Shown here piece by piece: positions 44,730 through 54,718 of a DNA stretch of 64,000 nt; position 1 is the stretch's first letter, and each line of letters starts with the position of its first letter. The stretch spans positions 12,325 through 76,324 of the forward strand of contig JBAZNT010000001.1 in NCBI GenBank assembly GCA_041649115.1, given 5' to 3'. A model generated the notes under the pieces. That model did no database searches. It saw nothing but the letters and a program-made list of their open reading frames with translations, and was not told the DNA's origin. The position numbers were made by a program, and so were the translations under genes. The DNA comes from Candidatus Omnitrophota bacterium. GTDB lineage: Bacteria; Omnitrophota; Gorgyraeia; Gygaellales; Profunditerraquicolaceae.

Positions 44730-45826
44730 CTGATAAGGAGGCGCTGCTCGCTCTGAATTTAATAGGCAATATCGGCAGCAGAAGGCTTCAGGGTCTCTTG
44801 CGTTGTTTCGGTTCCGCCAGCCGCATATTCTCTGCCAGGCGCCAGGAATTAGTCCGTGCCTGCGGGATTGGGGAAAATATCGCTTCCAGGATAGCTTCTT
44901 TTAACAGCGAGGCGCTTTCCAGGGAATTTTCCTTAGCCAAAAGTCACGGGCTTAGCATTATTACGCAGTCGGAAAGAGACTACCCCGAGAATCTGAAGAA
45001 TATCCCGGATCCGCCCCTGGTGCTTTACGTAAGAGGTAGCTTAAGCCGGGATGACAATCTTGCCTTTGCTATCGTAGGCTCACGCCTAGCTTCCGTTTAC
45101 GGCTTAACCAATTCAGAGCATCTTGCAGGAGAACTGGCCTGTTTGGGTTTTACCGTTGTCTCAGGTATGGCGCGCGGCATTGACACCGCAGCCCACCGCG
45201 GGGCCCTAAGGGCAGGCGGCCGAACCATTGCGGTCATCGGCAGCGGGTTTAACCATATCTATCCCAGAGAAAACAAAGGCCTGGCGGAGAGGATCTCCGA
45301 AAACGGCGCCGTAATATCGGAATTCCCGATAGATACCGTCCCGTTAAAACAAAATTTCCCGCGGCGTAACCGTGTTATCAGCGGGTTAAGCCTCGGGGTT
45401 TTAGTGGCAGAGGCAGCTTTAAACAGCGGGGCCCTTATCACTGCGGATTTTGCACTTGAGCAGGGGAGAGAGGTTTTCGCCCTGCCGGGCAAGATTGACG
45501 CCATGACATCCTCCGGGACCAATGGCTTAATCAAACAAGGCGCAAAGCTGGTTTCTGGCATAGAGGACATTCTGGAAGAGCTAAAGTCTCCTCTTATGGC
45601 AAGGGTCTGCCGCAGGCAAAAAGAAGGCTCCCCCGAAATAAATAGAGATTCTGTTGACAGGGAAGAAGCGCTGTTATATAACTTGATTCCGAAGGATCCG
45701 GTATCACTGGATGATATTATAGAAAAAAGCAGCTTTGGCATCCCGCGCTTATCCGCGCTGCTGTTGAGTCTGGAGTTTAAGAGGTTAATCCGGGAACTGC
45801 CAGGCAAAAATTTCGTCAGGGCCTGA
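44726..45826 (+). CDS. dprA: DNA-processing protein DprA (Smf)
   Basis: YPENLKNIPDPPLVLYVRG, AIVGSR, SGMARGIDTAAHRGAL, FPRRNRVISGLS, and a C-terminal winged-helix tail. It has the conserved dprA-topA adjacency. Confidence 0.92.
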   Translation: MTDKEALLALNLIGNIGSRRLQGLLRCFGSASRIFSARRQELVRACGIGENIASRIASFNSEALSREFSLAKSHGLSIITQSERDYPENLKNIPDPPLVLYVRGSLSRDDNLAFAIVGSRLASVYGLTNSEHLAGELACLGFTVVSGMARGIDTAAHRGALRAGGRTIAVIGSGFNHIYPRENKGLAERISENGAVISEFPIDTVPLKQNFPRRNRVISGLSLGVLVAEAALNSGALITADFALEQGREVFALPGKIDAMTSSGTNGLIKQGAKLVSGIEDILEELKSPLMARVCRRQKEGSPEINRDSVDREEALLYNLIPKDPVSLDDIIEKSSFGIPRLSALLLSLEFKRLIRELPGKNFVRA

Positions 45827-45827
45827 T

Positions 45828-47795
45828 ATGAAGGATAAAAGCTTAGTGATAGTCGAGTCACCCACCAAGGCCAAGACTATCGGCAAGATCCTGGGTAGCA
45901 ATTTCAGCGTGGTCTCTTCCATGGGGCATCTTATTGACCTGCCGCAGAAGAAATTGGGAGTAGAGATTGAAGATAAATTCCAGCCTTCTTACGTGGTAAT
46001 CCCGGGAAGGAAAAAGACCTTGAGCAGCTTAAAAAAGGAAGCCAAGGGCATAGAGCACATCTATGTTGCTACGGACCCCGACCGCGAGGGAGAGGCTATC
46101 GGCTGGCACATCAAGGAGAGGCTTTTTCAAGATAAGGATGTCAAGCGGGTTGTCTTTCACGAGATTACCTCCCAGGCGGTAAATGAGGCCTTCAGGCAGC
46201 CGCGGGATTTTGATATAAATATGGTGGAGGCACAGATCAGCCGCCGGGTCCTTGACAGGGTGGTAGGATATTTCTTAAGCCCCCTTCTCTGGAAGAAGAT
46301 TGCCCGCGGTTTAAGCGCCGGGAGGGTGCAGTCCGTTGCCTTGAAGCTGATAGTGGAACGGGAGAAGGAAATCGGCAGGTTCATCCCGCAGGAATACTGG
46401 GAGATTACGGCGGAGTTCAAAAATAAAAACGGCGATTCATTTCTCGCCAAGCTCGAAAAGGTCAATGACCAGAAGCCGAAGATAGATAATAAGGAGGAGG
46501 CTGAGGCAGTTGCCTCCGGTATCAGGGCCAAGGACTTTACGGTATCGAACATTGAAAAGAAGCAGAAACGGCGATATCCCTACGCGCCTTTTATTACCAG
46601 CACCCTCCAGCAGGAGGCCTTTAATAAATTGCGCTTCAATGCCTCCCGGACCATGATGCTGGCGCAGCAGCTTTATGAAGGTATTGATATCGGAGAGAGC
46701 GGGCCGGTGGGGCTTATCACCTATATGCGTACGGATTCCACGCGCGTAGCTCCGGAGGCAATCACAGAGGTAAGGGAACTGATAACCTCTAAGTACGGCG
46801 GGCATTACCTTCCCGAATCCCCGAATATTTATAAAGTAAAAAAATTTGCCCAGGAGGCGCATGAGGCAATCCGGCCCAGCATGGTCAATCGCCCGCCGGA
46901 GTCGCTTAGCCGTTACCTGACTCCCGACCAAATGAAACTGTACGATTTAATCTACCGCCGTTTTGTGGCAAGCCAGATGGTTCCGGCGCTTTATGCGGTC
47001 ACTACCGTAGACATCAAGGCAGAGAATTATTTGTTCAGCGCCTCTTCCACCGAGCTCGTCTTTGACGGATTCAGCGCTGTTTATAACTCCAATAACGAAG
47101 AGGAGGATAAGAAAAACAGAATCCCGCCGCTGGAGAGCGGCGAAACACTGCAGCTGTTGAATCTTCTGCCTTCCCAGCATTTTACCAAGCCGCCCTCGAG
47201 ATTCTCCGACAGCTCCCTCGTGAAGGCCCTGGAGGAAGACGGCATCGGCAGGCCTTCTACCTACGCCCCGATTATCTATACCCTTATCCACCGCGATTAC
47301 GTTCGCCGGCTCAAAGGATATTTTCACCCTACTGAATTAGGGACCAAGGTATGCGAGCTTTTGATGGAATATTTCCCAAAAATAATGGACGAAGGATTCA
47401 CCGCAGCGATGGAAGAGGAATTGGACGAAATTGAGGAGGGCAGGATAGAGCGCCTGAAGGTATTGGAGGATTTCTATCAGCCTTTCAAGGAAAGCCTGGA
47501 TTTTGCCCAGAACAACATTAAAAAAGAAGTGGTGGAGACCGGGGAGGTATGCCCCCAGTGCGGCAAGCCCATAATTATAAAATGGGGAAGGAGGGGCAAA
47601 TTCTTGAGTTGTTCCGGTTTTCCGGAATGCAAATACTCCAAGTCTATTACCACCGGCGTAAAATGCCCCGAAGCCGGATGCGGAGGGGAATTGATCGAAA
47701 GGCGCTCCAGCAGAGGATTCTTCTACGGTTGTTCTAATTATCCCAGATGCCGCTTCGTTTCAAAGGCCCTTCCTGATCAGAAAAAAGACGCATGA
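45828..47795 (+). CDS. topA: DNA topoisomerase I
   Basis: TOPRIM LVIVESPTKAKTI and ATDPDREGEAI, active-site region GLITYMRTDS, and C-terminal Cys4 zinc ribbons (CPQCGKP...CSGFPEC, CPEAGCGG...CSNYPRC). Confidence 0.96.
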   Translation: MKDKSLVIVESPTKAKTIGKILGSNFSVVSSMGHLIDLPQKKLGVEIEDKFQPSYVVIPGRKKTLSSLKKEAKGIEHIYVATDPDREGEAIGWHIKERLFQDKDVKRVVFHEITSQAVNEAFRQPRDFDINMVEAQISRRVLDRVVGYFLSPLLWKKIARGLSAGRVQSVALKLIVEREKEIGRFIPQEYWEITAEFKNKNGDSFLAKLEKVNDQKPKIDNKEEAEAVASGIRAKDFTVSNIEKKQKRRYPYAPFITSTLQQEAFNKLRFNASRTMMLAQQLYEGIDIGESGPVGLITYMRTDSTRVAPEAITEVRELITSKYGGHYLPESPNIYKVKKFAQEAHEAIRPSMVNRPPESLSRYLTPDQMKLYDLIYRRFVASQMVPALYAVTTVDIKAENYLFSASSTELVFDGFSAVYNSNNEEEDKKNRIPPLESGETLQLLNLLPSQHFTKPPSRFSDSSLVKALEEDGIGRPSTYAPIIYTLIHRDYVRRLKGYFHPTELGTKVCELLMEYFPKIMDEGFTAAMEEELDEIEEGRIERLKVLEDFYQPFKESLDFAQNNIKKEVVETGEVCPQCGKPIIIKWGRRGKFLSCSGFPECKYSKSITTGVKCPEAGCGGELIERRSSRGFFYGCSNYPRCRFVSKALPDQKKDA

Positions 47796-48664
47796 TACAA
47801 AGGTACATCGAGAAATTCATCCGATACCTCCAGATCGAAAAGAATTATTCCAGCCACACCGTCCTCAACTATAAACTGGATCTTGATGACTTCGGAAATT
47901 TTTTGCAAGAGACGCCGCCAGAGAAGATAGATTACCTTCTGCTGCGTAAATACCTGGCCTGTCTTAAAGAGAAGAATCTTAATACCCGCAGCGTGGCGCG
48001 GCGCCTTTCGACCCTGCGCTCATTTTTTAAGTTCCTTACCCGCGAAGGGCTCATCAAGGATAACCCTACCTTGAGCCTTTCCAGCCCCAAGCTCGATAAG
48101 CACCTTCCGCAATTCCTGACCGAGGAAGAGGTAGGGAGATTGATATCCTCCGTGATGCTAAAGGATAAGAATGACGAGAGGGGGTTGCGCGACCTGGCAA
48201 TACTGGAGGTATTTTACAGCACGGGAATGCGTATTTCCGAGTTGGTGGGTTTGAGCCTTGAGGATATCGATTTCATCGGGGGAGTGGTAAAGGTAAAAGG
48301 CAAGGGCAAAAAAGAGCGCATGCTTCCAATAGGCGACTGCGCCATATCAGCTATCCGCGGCTACCTTGATAAGAGAAAAAGACAATCCGCAGCGCTCTTC
48401 CTGAACAAAAACGGCAGCGCCATTACCGGGCGCGGGGTGAGGAATATCGTAAAAAAGTACCTGCGGCTGGCAAGTATCAAACAGGGGGTATCGGCGCATA
48501 CCCTGCGGCATTCCTTTGCCACGCATCTTTTGGATCGCGGCGCGGACTTAAGGAGCGTTCAGGAACTGCTCGGGCACGCCAACCTTTCCACTACCCAGAT
48601 ATACACCCATCTTACTACCGAGAGGCTGAAGAAGATTTATGATAAGTCCCATCCCCGGGCATAG
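47792..48664 (+). CDS. xerC: site-specific tyrosine recombinase XerC/XerD
   Basis: N-terminal SAM-like core-binding domain. Catalytic residues lie in GMRISE, HTLRHSFATHLL and LLGHANLSTTQIYTH. Confidence 0.88.
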   Translation: MIQRYIEKFIRYLQIEKNYSSHTVLNYKLDLDDFGNFLQETPPEKIDYLLLRKYLACLKEKNLNTRSVARRLSTLRSFFKFLTREGLIKDNPTLSLSSPKLDKHLPQFLTEEEVGRLISSVMLKDKNDERGLRDLAILEVFYSTGMRISELVGLSLEDIDFIGGVVKVKGKGKKERMLPIGDCAISAIRGYLDKRKRQSAALFLNKNGSAITGRGVRNIVKKYLRLASIKQGVSAHTLRHSFATHLLDRGADLRSVQELLGHANLSTTQIYTHLTTERLKKIYDKSHPRA

Positions 48665-48676
48665 AAGGAGCGGGCA

Positions 48677-49960
48677 ATGTATCTTTTGTACAATTTAATA
48701 GCGCTGGCAGTAATCGTGATGTATCTTCCGGCGTACCTGGCACGCCGTAAGTTTCATCGCGGCTTTTTAAGACGGTTAGGCGTCCTTCCGCAAGGCCTGA
48801 TGATGAAACGTCCTGTCTGGGTTCATGCTGTTAGCCTGGGAGAGGCCAGGTCAGTCAGGGCGCTGGTAGAGATGCTGCGCAGCGCTTACCCTCAAAAGCA
48901 GTTTGTATTATCGACGGTTACCGCTACCGGCAATAAAGTTGCCCGGCAGATGGCAAGGGAAGTAGACCTGGTAACCTATCTGCCGCTGGATTTCAGTTTC
49001 ATCGTAAGAAATACCATTGCCAGGACTAACCCCTGTATTTTTATTATTGCGGAGACCGAGATCTGGCCGAATCTTATCTCCTGTCTTTTCAAGAGAAACA
49101 TACCCATAGTGATAGTCAACGGTAGGATATCGGACCGCTCCTTGCGGGGCTACCGGCTTATAAGGTTTCTTATTGAGCCGATACTTAGAAAGGTAAGCCT
49201 TTTTTGCGTGCAGAGCGATAGCGATGCCGCCAGGTTCGCCAGCCTGGGGGTAAAGCCGCAAAATATCCGCGTAAGCGGCAATATAAAGTTTGATATTGAG
49301 GATAATCCGCGGCCGAAAGAAGAAGCCGCCGGCTATCGCCGGAAACTCGGGCTTGGAGAAGGCGACAGGCTTTTGGTCTGCGGCTCTACCCATCCCGGGG
49401 AAGAGGAGAACCTTTTGAATATATATAGGCAGTTATCTAGAGACTACCGCGGCCTCCGTTTGCTTATTGCGCCGCGTCACCCTGAAAGGGCGATGCAGAT
49501 AGAGGGGCTTGTACGCAAGGCAGGTTTTGAAGCTTTTGCGACCGGCCGTTTAGCTGAGGGGGGAACAAAAGACGGGAAGGTGTTTGTCGTCGACAGCATA
49601 GGAGAATTAATGGGTTATTATGCTGCCGCAGACCTGGTTTTCGTCGGCGGCAGTCTTGTAAAAAAAGGGGGGCACAACATACTGGAGCCGGCGGTATTGG
49701 CAAAGCCGGTTATCTTCGGCCCCTATATGTTTAATTTCAGGGATATCGTCAGGATGTTTTTAGATAATCAAGCTGCGCTTTCGGTGCGCGACAGCGCGGA
49801 GTTAGAATTAGGGCTCAGGGGCCTGCTGGATAATCCTGCGAAGGCCCTGGATTTAGGAAGCCGCGGCCGGCAGTTGATATTGGCAAATCGCGGGGCTACC
49901 GGAAGAGTCCTGAAAGAAATCAAACCATTTTTTAGTTCCCCGGACCATCCCTTCATCTAG
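48677..49960 (+). CDS. waaA: 3-deoxy-D-manno-octulosonic acid (Kdo) transferase
   Basis: VWVHAVSLGE, ETEIWPN, GNIKFD, GGSLVKKGGHNILEPA. Confidence 0.9.
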   Translation: MYLLYNLIALAVIVMYLPAYLARRKFHRGFLRRLGVLPQGLMMKRPVWVHAVSLGEARSVRALVEMLRSAYPQKQFVLSTVTATGNKVARQMAREVDLVTYLPLDFSFIVRNTIARTNPCIFIIAETEIWPNLISCLFKRNIPIVIVNGRISDRSLRGYRLIRFLIEPILRKVSLFCVQSDSDAARFASLGVKPQNIRVSGNIKFDIEDNPRPKEEAAGYRRKLGLGEGDRLLVCGSTHPGEEENLLNIYRQLSRDYRGLRLLIAPRHPERAMQIEGLVRKAGFEAFATGRLAEGGTKDGKVFVVDSIGELMGYYAAADLVFVGGSLVKKGGHNILEPAVLAKPVIFGPYMFNFRDIVRMFLDNQAALSVRDSAELELGLRGLLDNPAKALDLGSRGRQLILANRGATGRVLKEIKPFFSSPDHPFI

Positions 49961-50003
49961 GCATAGACGTTTTTTATTTCAAACTGCAAGGGTTCCTGAT
50001 AAG

Positions 50004-50939
50004 ATGACCGTTTTTAAAAGAATAACCTTACTGGCGTTAATATTTTCCTTTTTCTCGGCGGGTATTTCCGCGGCCGAGGAAAAAACGAAACAGGCCGCAC
50101 TCCCGGGGGTTACGGAATTCCGCCAGGCGCTTCGTAAGGTCATTGTGGTGAAAGAGGAGCAATTTGCAGGCGAGCTTGATTCCTATCTGCGCTATATGCC
50201 TTCCAGCGGCGCCTCCGGGCAATCCGGAAAAGTAGGCATAGTGGATTCCGTTTCAGAGTATAGCTATGAGGCCAAGGCCTTCGGCAAGCTGCCGGTGGAG
50301 CTGGTAATAGGGACCGAATATATGCAGATAAAGAATACTACTGCCATAGAGCTTCCTTCGCATCTGACATCGGTATCTTTCGGTCTTGAAACCATAGTCC
50401 CGTTTTTTAATCTCAATAAGGTCTATTTTTCGGCAGGCCTGGCCTCTCTCTTTACCAGCGATGATTGGGATTTTCATTCCTCTTCCTTCAGGATACCGCA
50501 GAGGTATTTTTTGATTTATCAGCCGAACGAGCAATTAACATTGGTTTGCGGAGTAGGGGTATGGCCGGATTATAAAGAGACGGTCTGGCCGATTGTAGGT
50601 TTTATATATAAGCCTAACGAGAAGCTTATTTTTAACCTCGTGCCCAAGACACCCGAGATCTCCTATGCCGTAGATGAAAGATTAACCCTTTTCGCACAGG
50701 CTGATATGTCGCAGAGTGAATACGAGGTTACGCAGGGAGAGCGTAAGAATGCGGTATTGGAGTATAATGAGATGCACCTCGGCGCAGGGGTAAGGTATAA
50801 ATTCAACCGCCGCCTTAGGTGTTCTCTCTCTGCCGGAAGCATATTTAACCGTTCCATCAAATACCGGGATGATAGTCTCGGTAAGGTAGCGGTTGAGGAT
50901 GGCTTCTATACCGAATTCCGCTTGGACTTCGGCTTCTAA
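50004..50939 (+). CDS. hypothetical outer-membrane beta-barrel-like protein
   Basis: Signal peptide ending in SAGISAAEE, alternating beta-strand-like sequence, and a C-terminal aromatic residue (RLDFGF). Confidence 0.55.
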   Translation: MTVFKRITLLALIFSFFSAGISAAEEKTKQAALPGVTEFRQALRKVIVVKEEQFAGELDSYLRYMPSSGASGQSGKVGIVDSVSEYSYEAKAFGKLPVELVIGTEYMQIKNTTAIELPSHLTSVSFGLETIVPFFNLNKVYFSAGLASLFTSDDWDFHSSSFRIPQRYFLIYQPNEQLTLVCGVGVWPDYKETVWPIVGFIYKPNEKLIFNLVPKTPEISYAVDERLTLFAQADMSQSEYEVTQGERKNAVLEYNEMHLGAGVRYKFNRRLRCSLSAGSIFNRSIKYRDDSLGKVAVEDGFYTEFRLDFGF

Positions 50940-51030
50940 TATTCCATTGCCGCCCTGCCTTAATCATGCTATGTCCCAATATAGGATTTATCTATAACGC
51001 CTTGTGTGCTATAATATTAGTTTGGCTAAC

Positions 51031-51324
51031 ATGATAAAATACAAGAAGATAAAGGCCGGCAAAGGGATTGTAGAGGCGCTGGTAATGGACCTCGCCAAAA
51101 AGCGCCTTATAGTCTTAAGGGGCAGGCGCGGCTATGTGATGTGCGGCTACCTTAATCTTAAGGTTGCCCAGAGGTTTAATGAGGCGGCAGTAAAAATTAC
51201 GGGTGTCTCCAGTATCAGGGAAGCCCTGAAGGCCAGGGTATCCGCTAGCACCTCCGGGGCGCGGAAGATGGGGATATATCCAGGCCAGCCGATAAAAGAA
51301 ACGCTTAAACTCATAGCCCGATGA
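51031..51324 (+). CDS. DUF1805 (YunC-like) domain protein
   Basis: GYVMCGYLNLKVAQRFNEAAVKITGVSSIREALKARV resembles the YunC/DUF1805 signature. The ATG at 51031 follows an extended -10 TGCTATAAT (51007-51015). Confidence 0.5.
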   Translation: MIKYKKIKAGKGIVEALVMDLAKKRLIVLRGRRGYVMCGYLNLKVAQRFNEAAVKITGVSSIREALKARVSASTSGARKMGIYPGQPIKETLKLIAR

Positions 51325-51740
51325 AAATTATTAACGAGAAAATCTATCTTAACACCAAGGGGAACTCGGACCTCGTTAATATCACCGGCGATGTTGAAAG
51401 GATACTCGGTGCTACTAACCTTAGGCGGGGCAGCGTTACGGTTTTTGTGGTCGGTTCCACCGTAGCCATTACCACCTTTGAATATGAGCCCGGCCTCCTT
51501 AAGGATATGCAGGAGGTTTTCGAGAAGCTCATTCCTTGCCGAAAGGGTTATCACCACGACGATACCTGGGGAGACGCCAATGGTTTCAGCCACCTGCGCG
51601 CTGCCTTGCAGGGGCCTTCTTTGACCATCCCCTTTGACGAAGGGAAACTTTTGCTGGGCACCTGGCAGCAGGTAGTACTGGCCGAATTTGACAATCGGCC
51701 GCGTAAACGCCAGGTGTTAGTCCAGGTGATAGGCGAATAA
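51321..51740 (+). CDS. yjbQ: YjbQ/UPF0047 family (secondary thiamine-phosphate synthase) protein
   Basis: VFVVGSTVAITTFEYEPGLLKDM, HHDDTWGDANGFSHLRAAL, LGTWQQVVLAEFD. Confidence 0.82.
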   Translation: MKIINEKIYLNTKGNSDLVNITGDVERILGATNLRRGSVTVFVVGSTVAITTFEYEPGLLKDMQEVFEKLIPCRKGYHHDDTWGDANGFSHLRAALQGPSLTIPFDEGKLLLGTWQQVVLAEFDNRPRKRQVLVQVIGE

Positions 51741-51742
51741 AG

Positions 51743-52816
51743 ATGCGCAATTACCTCTATAATCTTGCCACAGATGCATCCGACGGTATTATTGCCGCGT
51801 TTATGAAGGCATTGTTGTTGGCATTGTCATGGCTTTACGGGTTGACGGTGCGGGTGCTCATCCTGATGCGTTCCAGCAGGCCTAAAAAAGCGGGCTGCCC
51901 TGTTATCAGTGTCGGGAATATTACGGTGGGGGGCACGGGCAAGACAAGCCTGGTGGAATTCATCTGCCGTTATCTTAAGGACAACGGTCACAAGCCCGCG
52001 GTGATTACCCGCGGTTACAAGAAACCGCGGCTGGCAGGCCGCCTGCCGCAGAGCGCTTATGAGACAATGGGCGATGAACCGTATATGCTGCAGAGGAACC
52101 TCAGGGACGTGTTGGTGATAGTTGATGCCGACCGCTTGCGCGGGGCCAGGCAGGCGCACGATTACTACGGGGTTGATACGATAGTCTTGGATGACGGATT
52201 CCAACAGTGGGGCATCAAGAAGGACCTGGATATAGCAGCTATCGACGCAACAAATCCTTTCGGTAACCGTAATATGCTTCCCCGCGGCATCCTGCGCGAG
52301 CCGCTTTCTTCCCTCAGGCGCGCGGATATCCTGGTTTTGACCAAGACAAACCTCAATCCCGATAGCCAGGATATCAAGGATTTTTTAAGCCGCATAAATC
52401 CAGGCGCCTTAATAGTAGAGAGCGCCCATCAACCGCTGGGGTGTTATTTCTTAGGGAGAGAGAAAGAAATGCTGGCAACGGATTTTCTTAAAGGCAAGAC
52501 CCTGGCTTTATTTTCGGGTATTGCCGACCCCGATTCGTTCGAAAGCCTGGTTTTAAGCCTGGGCGGCCAGGTGGGGCTTTCCTTTACCTTTGACGACCAC
52601 CACCGTTATACAAAAGATGACATCGAGGGCATCGTAGCTGCGAGCCGCAGGAAAGGCATCTCTGTTGTTGTCACTACTGAAAAGGATTCCGTGAGGCTGA
52701 GGTCGGTCTGTCCCGCAGCGGGCAATATCGCGATATTGGTACTGCGCATTGAATTGAAGGTTACGCATAATGAAAAACGACTACTGGATAGATTACTGGG
52801 GATATACCGCTCTTAA
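51743..52816 (+). CDS. lpxK: tetraacyldisaccharide 4'-kinase
   Basis: VISVGNITVGGTGKT P-loop, ITRGY, DDGFQ. Confidence 0.9.
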   Translation: MRNYLYNLATDASDGIIAAFMKALLLALSWLYGLTVRVLILMRSSRPKKAGCPVISVGNITVGGTGKTSLVEFICRYLKDNGHKPAVITRGYKKPRLAGRLPQSAYETMGDEPYMLQRNLRDVLVIVDADRLRGARQAHDYYGVDTIVLDDGFQQWGIKKDLDIAAIDATNPFGNRNMLPRGILREPLSSLRRADILVLTKTNLNPDSQDIKDFLSRINPGALIVESAHQPLGCYFLGREKEMLATDFLKGKTLALFSGIADPDSFESLVLSLGGQVGLSFTFDDHHRYTKDDIEGIVAASRRKGISVVVTTEKDSVRLRSVCPAAGNIAILVLRIELKVTHNEKRLLDRLLGIYRS

Positions 52817-54716
52817 ATTGCTGGGGCCGTTGATCCGCGCCTTTCCTCTGTTTTTTAGTTTTTTTATCGGCCGCCGGCTGGGAGATTTATTTTATTGTCT
52901 GGACGGCCGCCACCGCGCCATCGCGTATTCCAACATCAAGAGGGCATTAGGGAATAATCTTTCCTGCCGCAGCGCAAAGAAGATTACCCGCCAGTTTTAC
53001 CAGGCCTACGGCCAGAATTTTATTGAGATTTTTCTGATACCGCGCATTGACCGCGCCTATATCGATAAATACGTCAGCTTCGAAGGGCTGCCTTATGTTA
53101 AGGATGCGATTGCACGCGGCAGGGGGCAGATATTCCTTGGCGTGCACGCCGGGAGCTGGGAATTGTCTTCTTTGTTTTGCATGAGGTTTGGGGTTGCCTA
53201 TAATATCTTTGTGCGCAACCAGAGATATCCGCGTCTGGGCCGACTCCTTGACTCTTACCGTACCCGAAAAGGGGCGCGCATGATTAAGAAGGAAAACGAA
53301 TTGCGCCAGCTCCTCCGCGCCTTCGAGAATAACGAGGCAGTGGGAATGAGCCTGGACCAGGGTGGCAGGGAAGGGATGCTTTTGGATTTCTTCGGCAGGG
53401 ACGCCTCTTTTGCTACCGGAGCCGTAAGGCTAGCACTTAAATACAACCTGGCTATCGTGCCGACATTCAATACCAGGGTCAGAGGGCCATATTTAAAATT
53501 TATGCTGGGTCCGATATTCGAGGTTCAGAGAAGCGGTGATCTCGAAGATGATCTCAGGAGCAACCTTAAGCGCTTAGTCGCATTTTACGAGGATTACATA
53601 CGCAGATACCCCAAGGATTACCTCTGGTCCTATAAGGTGTGGAAATATAGCTTAAAGAGAGAAATCCTTATTTTGAGCGACGGTAAAACAGGCCACCTCA
53701 GGCAATCCCAGGCGCTGGCGCGGATTGCCGGGGATTGCCTGGCGTCCCGCGGGTTTACGGTAAGCACCGCTGTGAGTGAAATAAGATTCCGAAACCGCCG
53801 GAGCAGTTTCTTTCTAAGGCTTAAGGCCATGTTTTCGGGCAGGTACAGCTGCCAGGGGTGCCTATGCTGTTTAAGGAATGCGCTTAGCCGCGATGCTTAC
53901 CAGTCGTTAACGGGGAAGGCTCCGGATATCGTGATATCATGCGGCTCATCGTTGGCGGCGGTTAACTGGTACCTTACGCGCGAAAGCCTCGCTAAATCCA
54001 TCGTGATTATGAAGCCGCCGTTGATGAGCTCCAAAAAATTTGATTTGATGCTCTTGCCGCAACACGACCTGCCGGCTGTTGCCAGAAATGTAGCAGTAAC
54101 CCGGGGCGCACTGAATATGGTTGATGCCGAATATTTACGGCTGCAAGGTCAGAGATTAAAGCGGCATCTTGGGGATAAGAAGGTTTCCGAGGCTTGTATT
54201 GGTGTCCTCTTTGGCGGAGACAGCAAGGGGTTTTCTCTTGAGGCGCCGTTGGTATCGAAGGTCATCCGTCAGCTCAAAGACGCGGCAGAGGCCTTAGGTG
54301 CCGATATCCTCGTGACTACCTCCAGGCGCACATCCTCCGAGGTTGAAGAGTTAGTTAAAAATGAATTTGGGGATTACCCCCGGTGTAAATTTCTGGTGAT
54401 TGCAAGCAAGGAGAACTATGATTTTGCTGTGGGTGGCATTTTATCCCTGAGTTCTCTCTTGATCGTTTCTCCGGAGAGTATCTCGATGATATCGGAGGCG
54501 GTAAGCAGCGCCAGATACGTCGTGGTTTTTGAAGGCGGCGGATTAAGCCCGCGGCACCAGAGGTTTCTTGAATCGGCATCAGAAAACAGGCACATCTACC
54601 TTTCCGGGGCATCTTCGCTGGCCAGCCTTATTAACGGCCTTTGGAAGGATAAACCGGAGGTTCCCGTCTGGGATGATAACAGGGCGGTAAAAGAGGCGCT
54701 GGAGAGGGTTTTGTAA
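52770..54716 (+). CDS. fusion: lipid A late acyltransferase (LpxL/HtrB family) + ELM1/DUF1022-like domain
   Basis: The N-terminal ~290 aa resemble LpxL (HAGSWELS HX4-type motif, LDQGG, YLWSYKVWK). The C-terminal ~350 aa begin ILILSDGKTGHLRQSQALA, the hallmark start of ELM1/DUF1022 proteins. Confidence 0.75.
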   Translation: MKNDYWIDYWGYTALKLLGPLIRAFPLFFSFFIGRRLGDLFYCLDGRHRAIAYSNIKRALGNNLSCRSAKKITRQFYQAYGQNFIEIFLIPRIDRAYIDKYVSFEGLPYVKDAIARGRGQIFLGVHAGSWELSSLFCMRFGVAYNIFVRNQRYPRLGRLLDSYRTRKGARMIKKENELRQLLRAFENNEAVGMSLDQGGREGMLLDFFGRDASFATGAVRLALKYNLAIVPTFNTRVRGPYLKFMLGPIFEVQRSGDLEDDLRSNLKRLVAFYEDYIRRYPKDYLWSYKVWKYSLKREILILSDGKTGHLRQSQALARIAGDCLASRGFTVSTAVSEIRFRNRRSSFFLRLKAMFSGRYSCQGCLCCLRNALSRDAYQSLTGKAPDIVISCGSSLAAVNWYLTRESLAKSIVIMKPPLMSSKKFDLMLLPQHDLPAVARNVAVTRGALNMVDAEYLRLQGQRLKRHLGDKKVSEACIGVLFGGDSKGFSLEAPLVSKVIRQLKDAAEALGADILVTTSRRTSSEVEELVKNEFGDYPRCKFLVIASKENYDFAVGGILSLSSLLIVSPESISMISEAVSSARYVVVFEGGGLSPRHQRFLESASENRHIYLSGASSLASLINGLWKDKPEVPVWDDNRAVKEALERVL

Positions 54717-54718
54717 TT

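Noticed and set aside
47792-48664. The tyrosine recombinase might be the integrase of a mobile element.
   Set aside because: Its size (290 aa), its XerC/D-type motifs and the conserved dprA-topA-xerC neighbourhood indicate the chromosome-dimer resolvase. No att-like repeats or cargo genes flank it.
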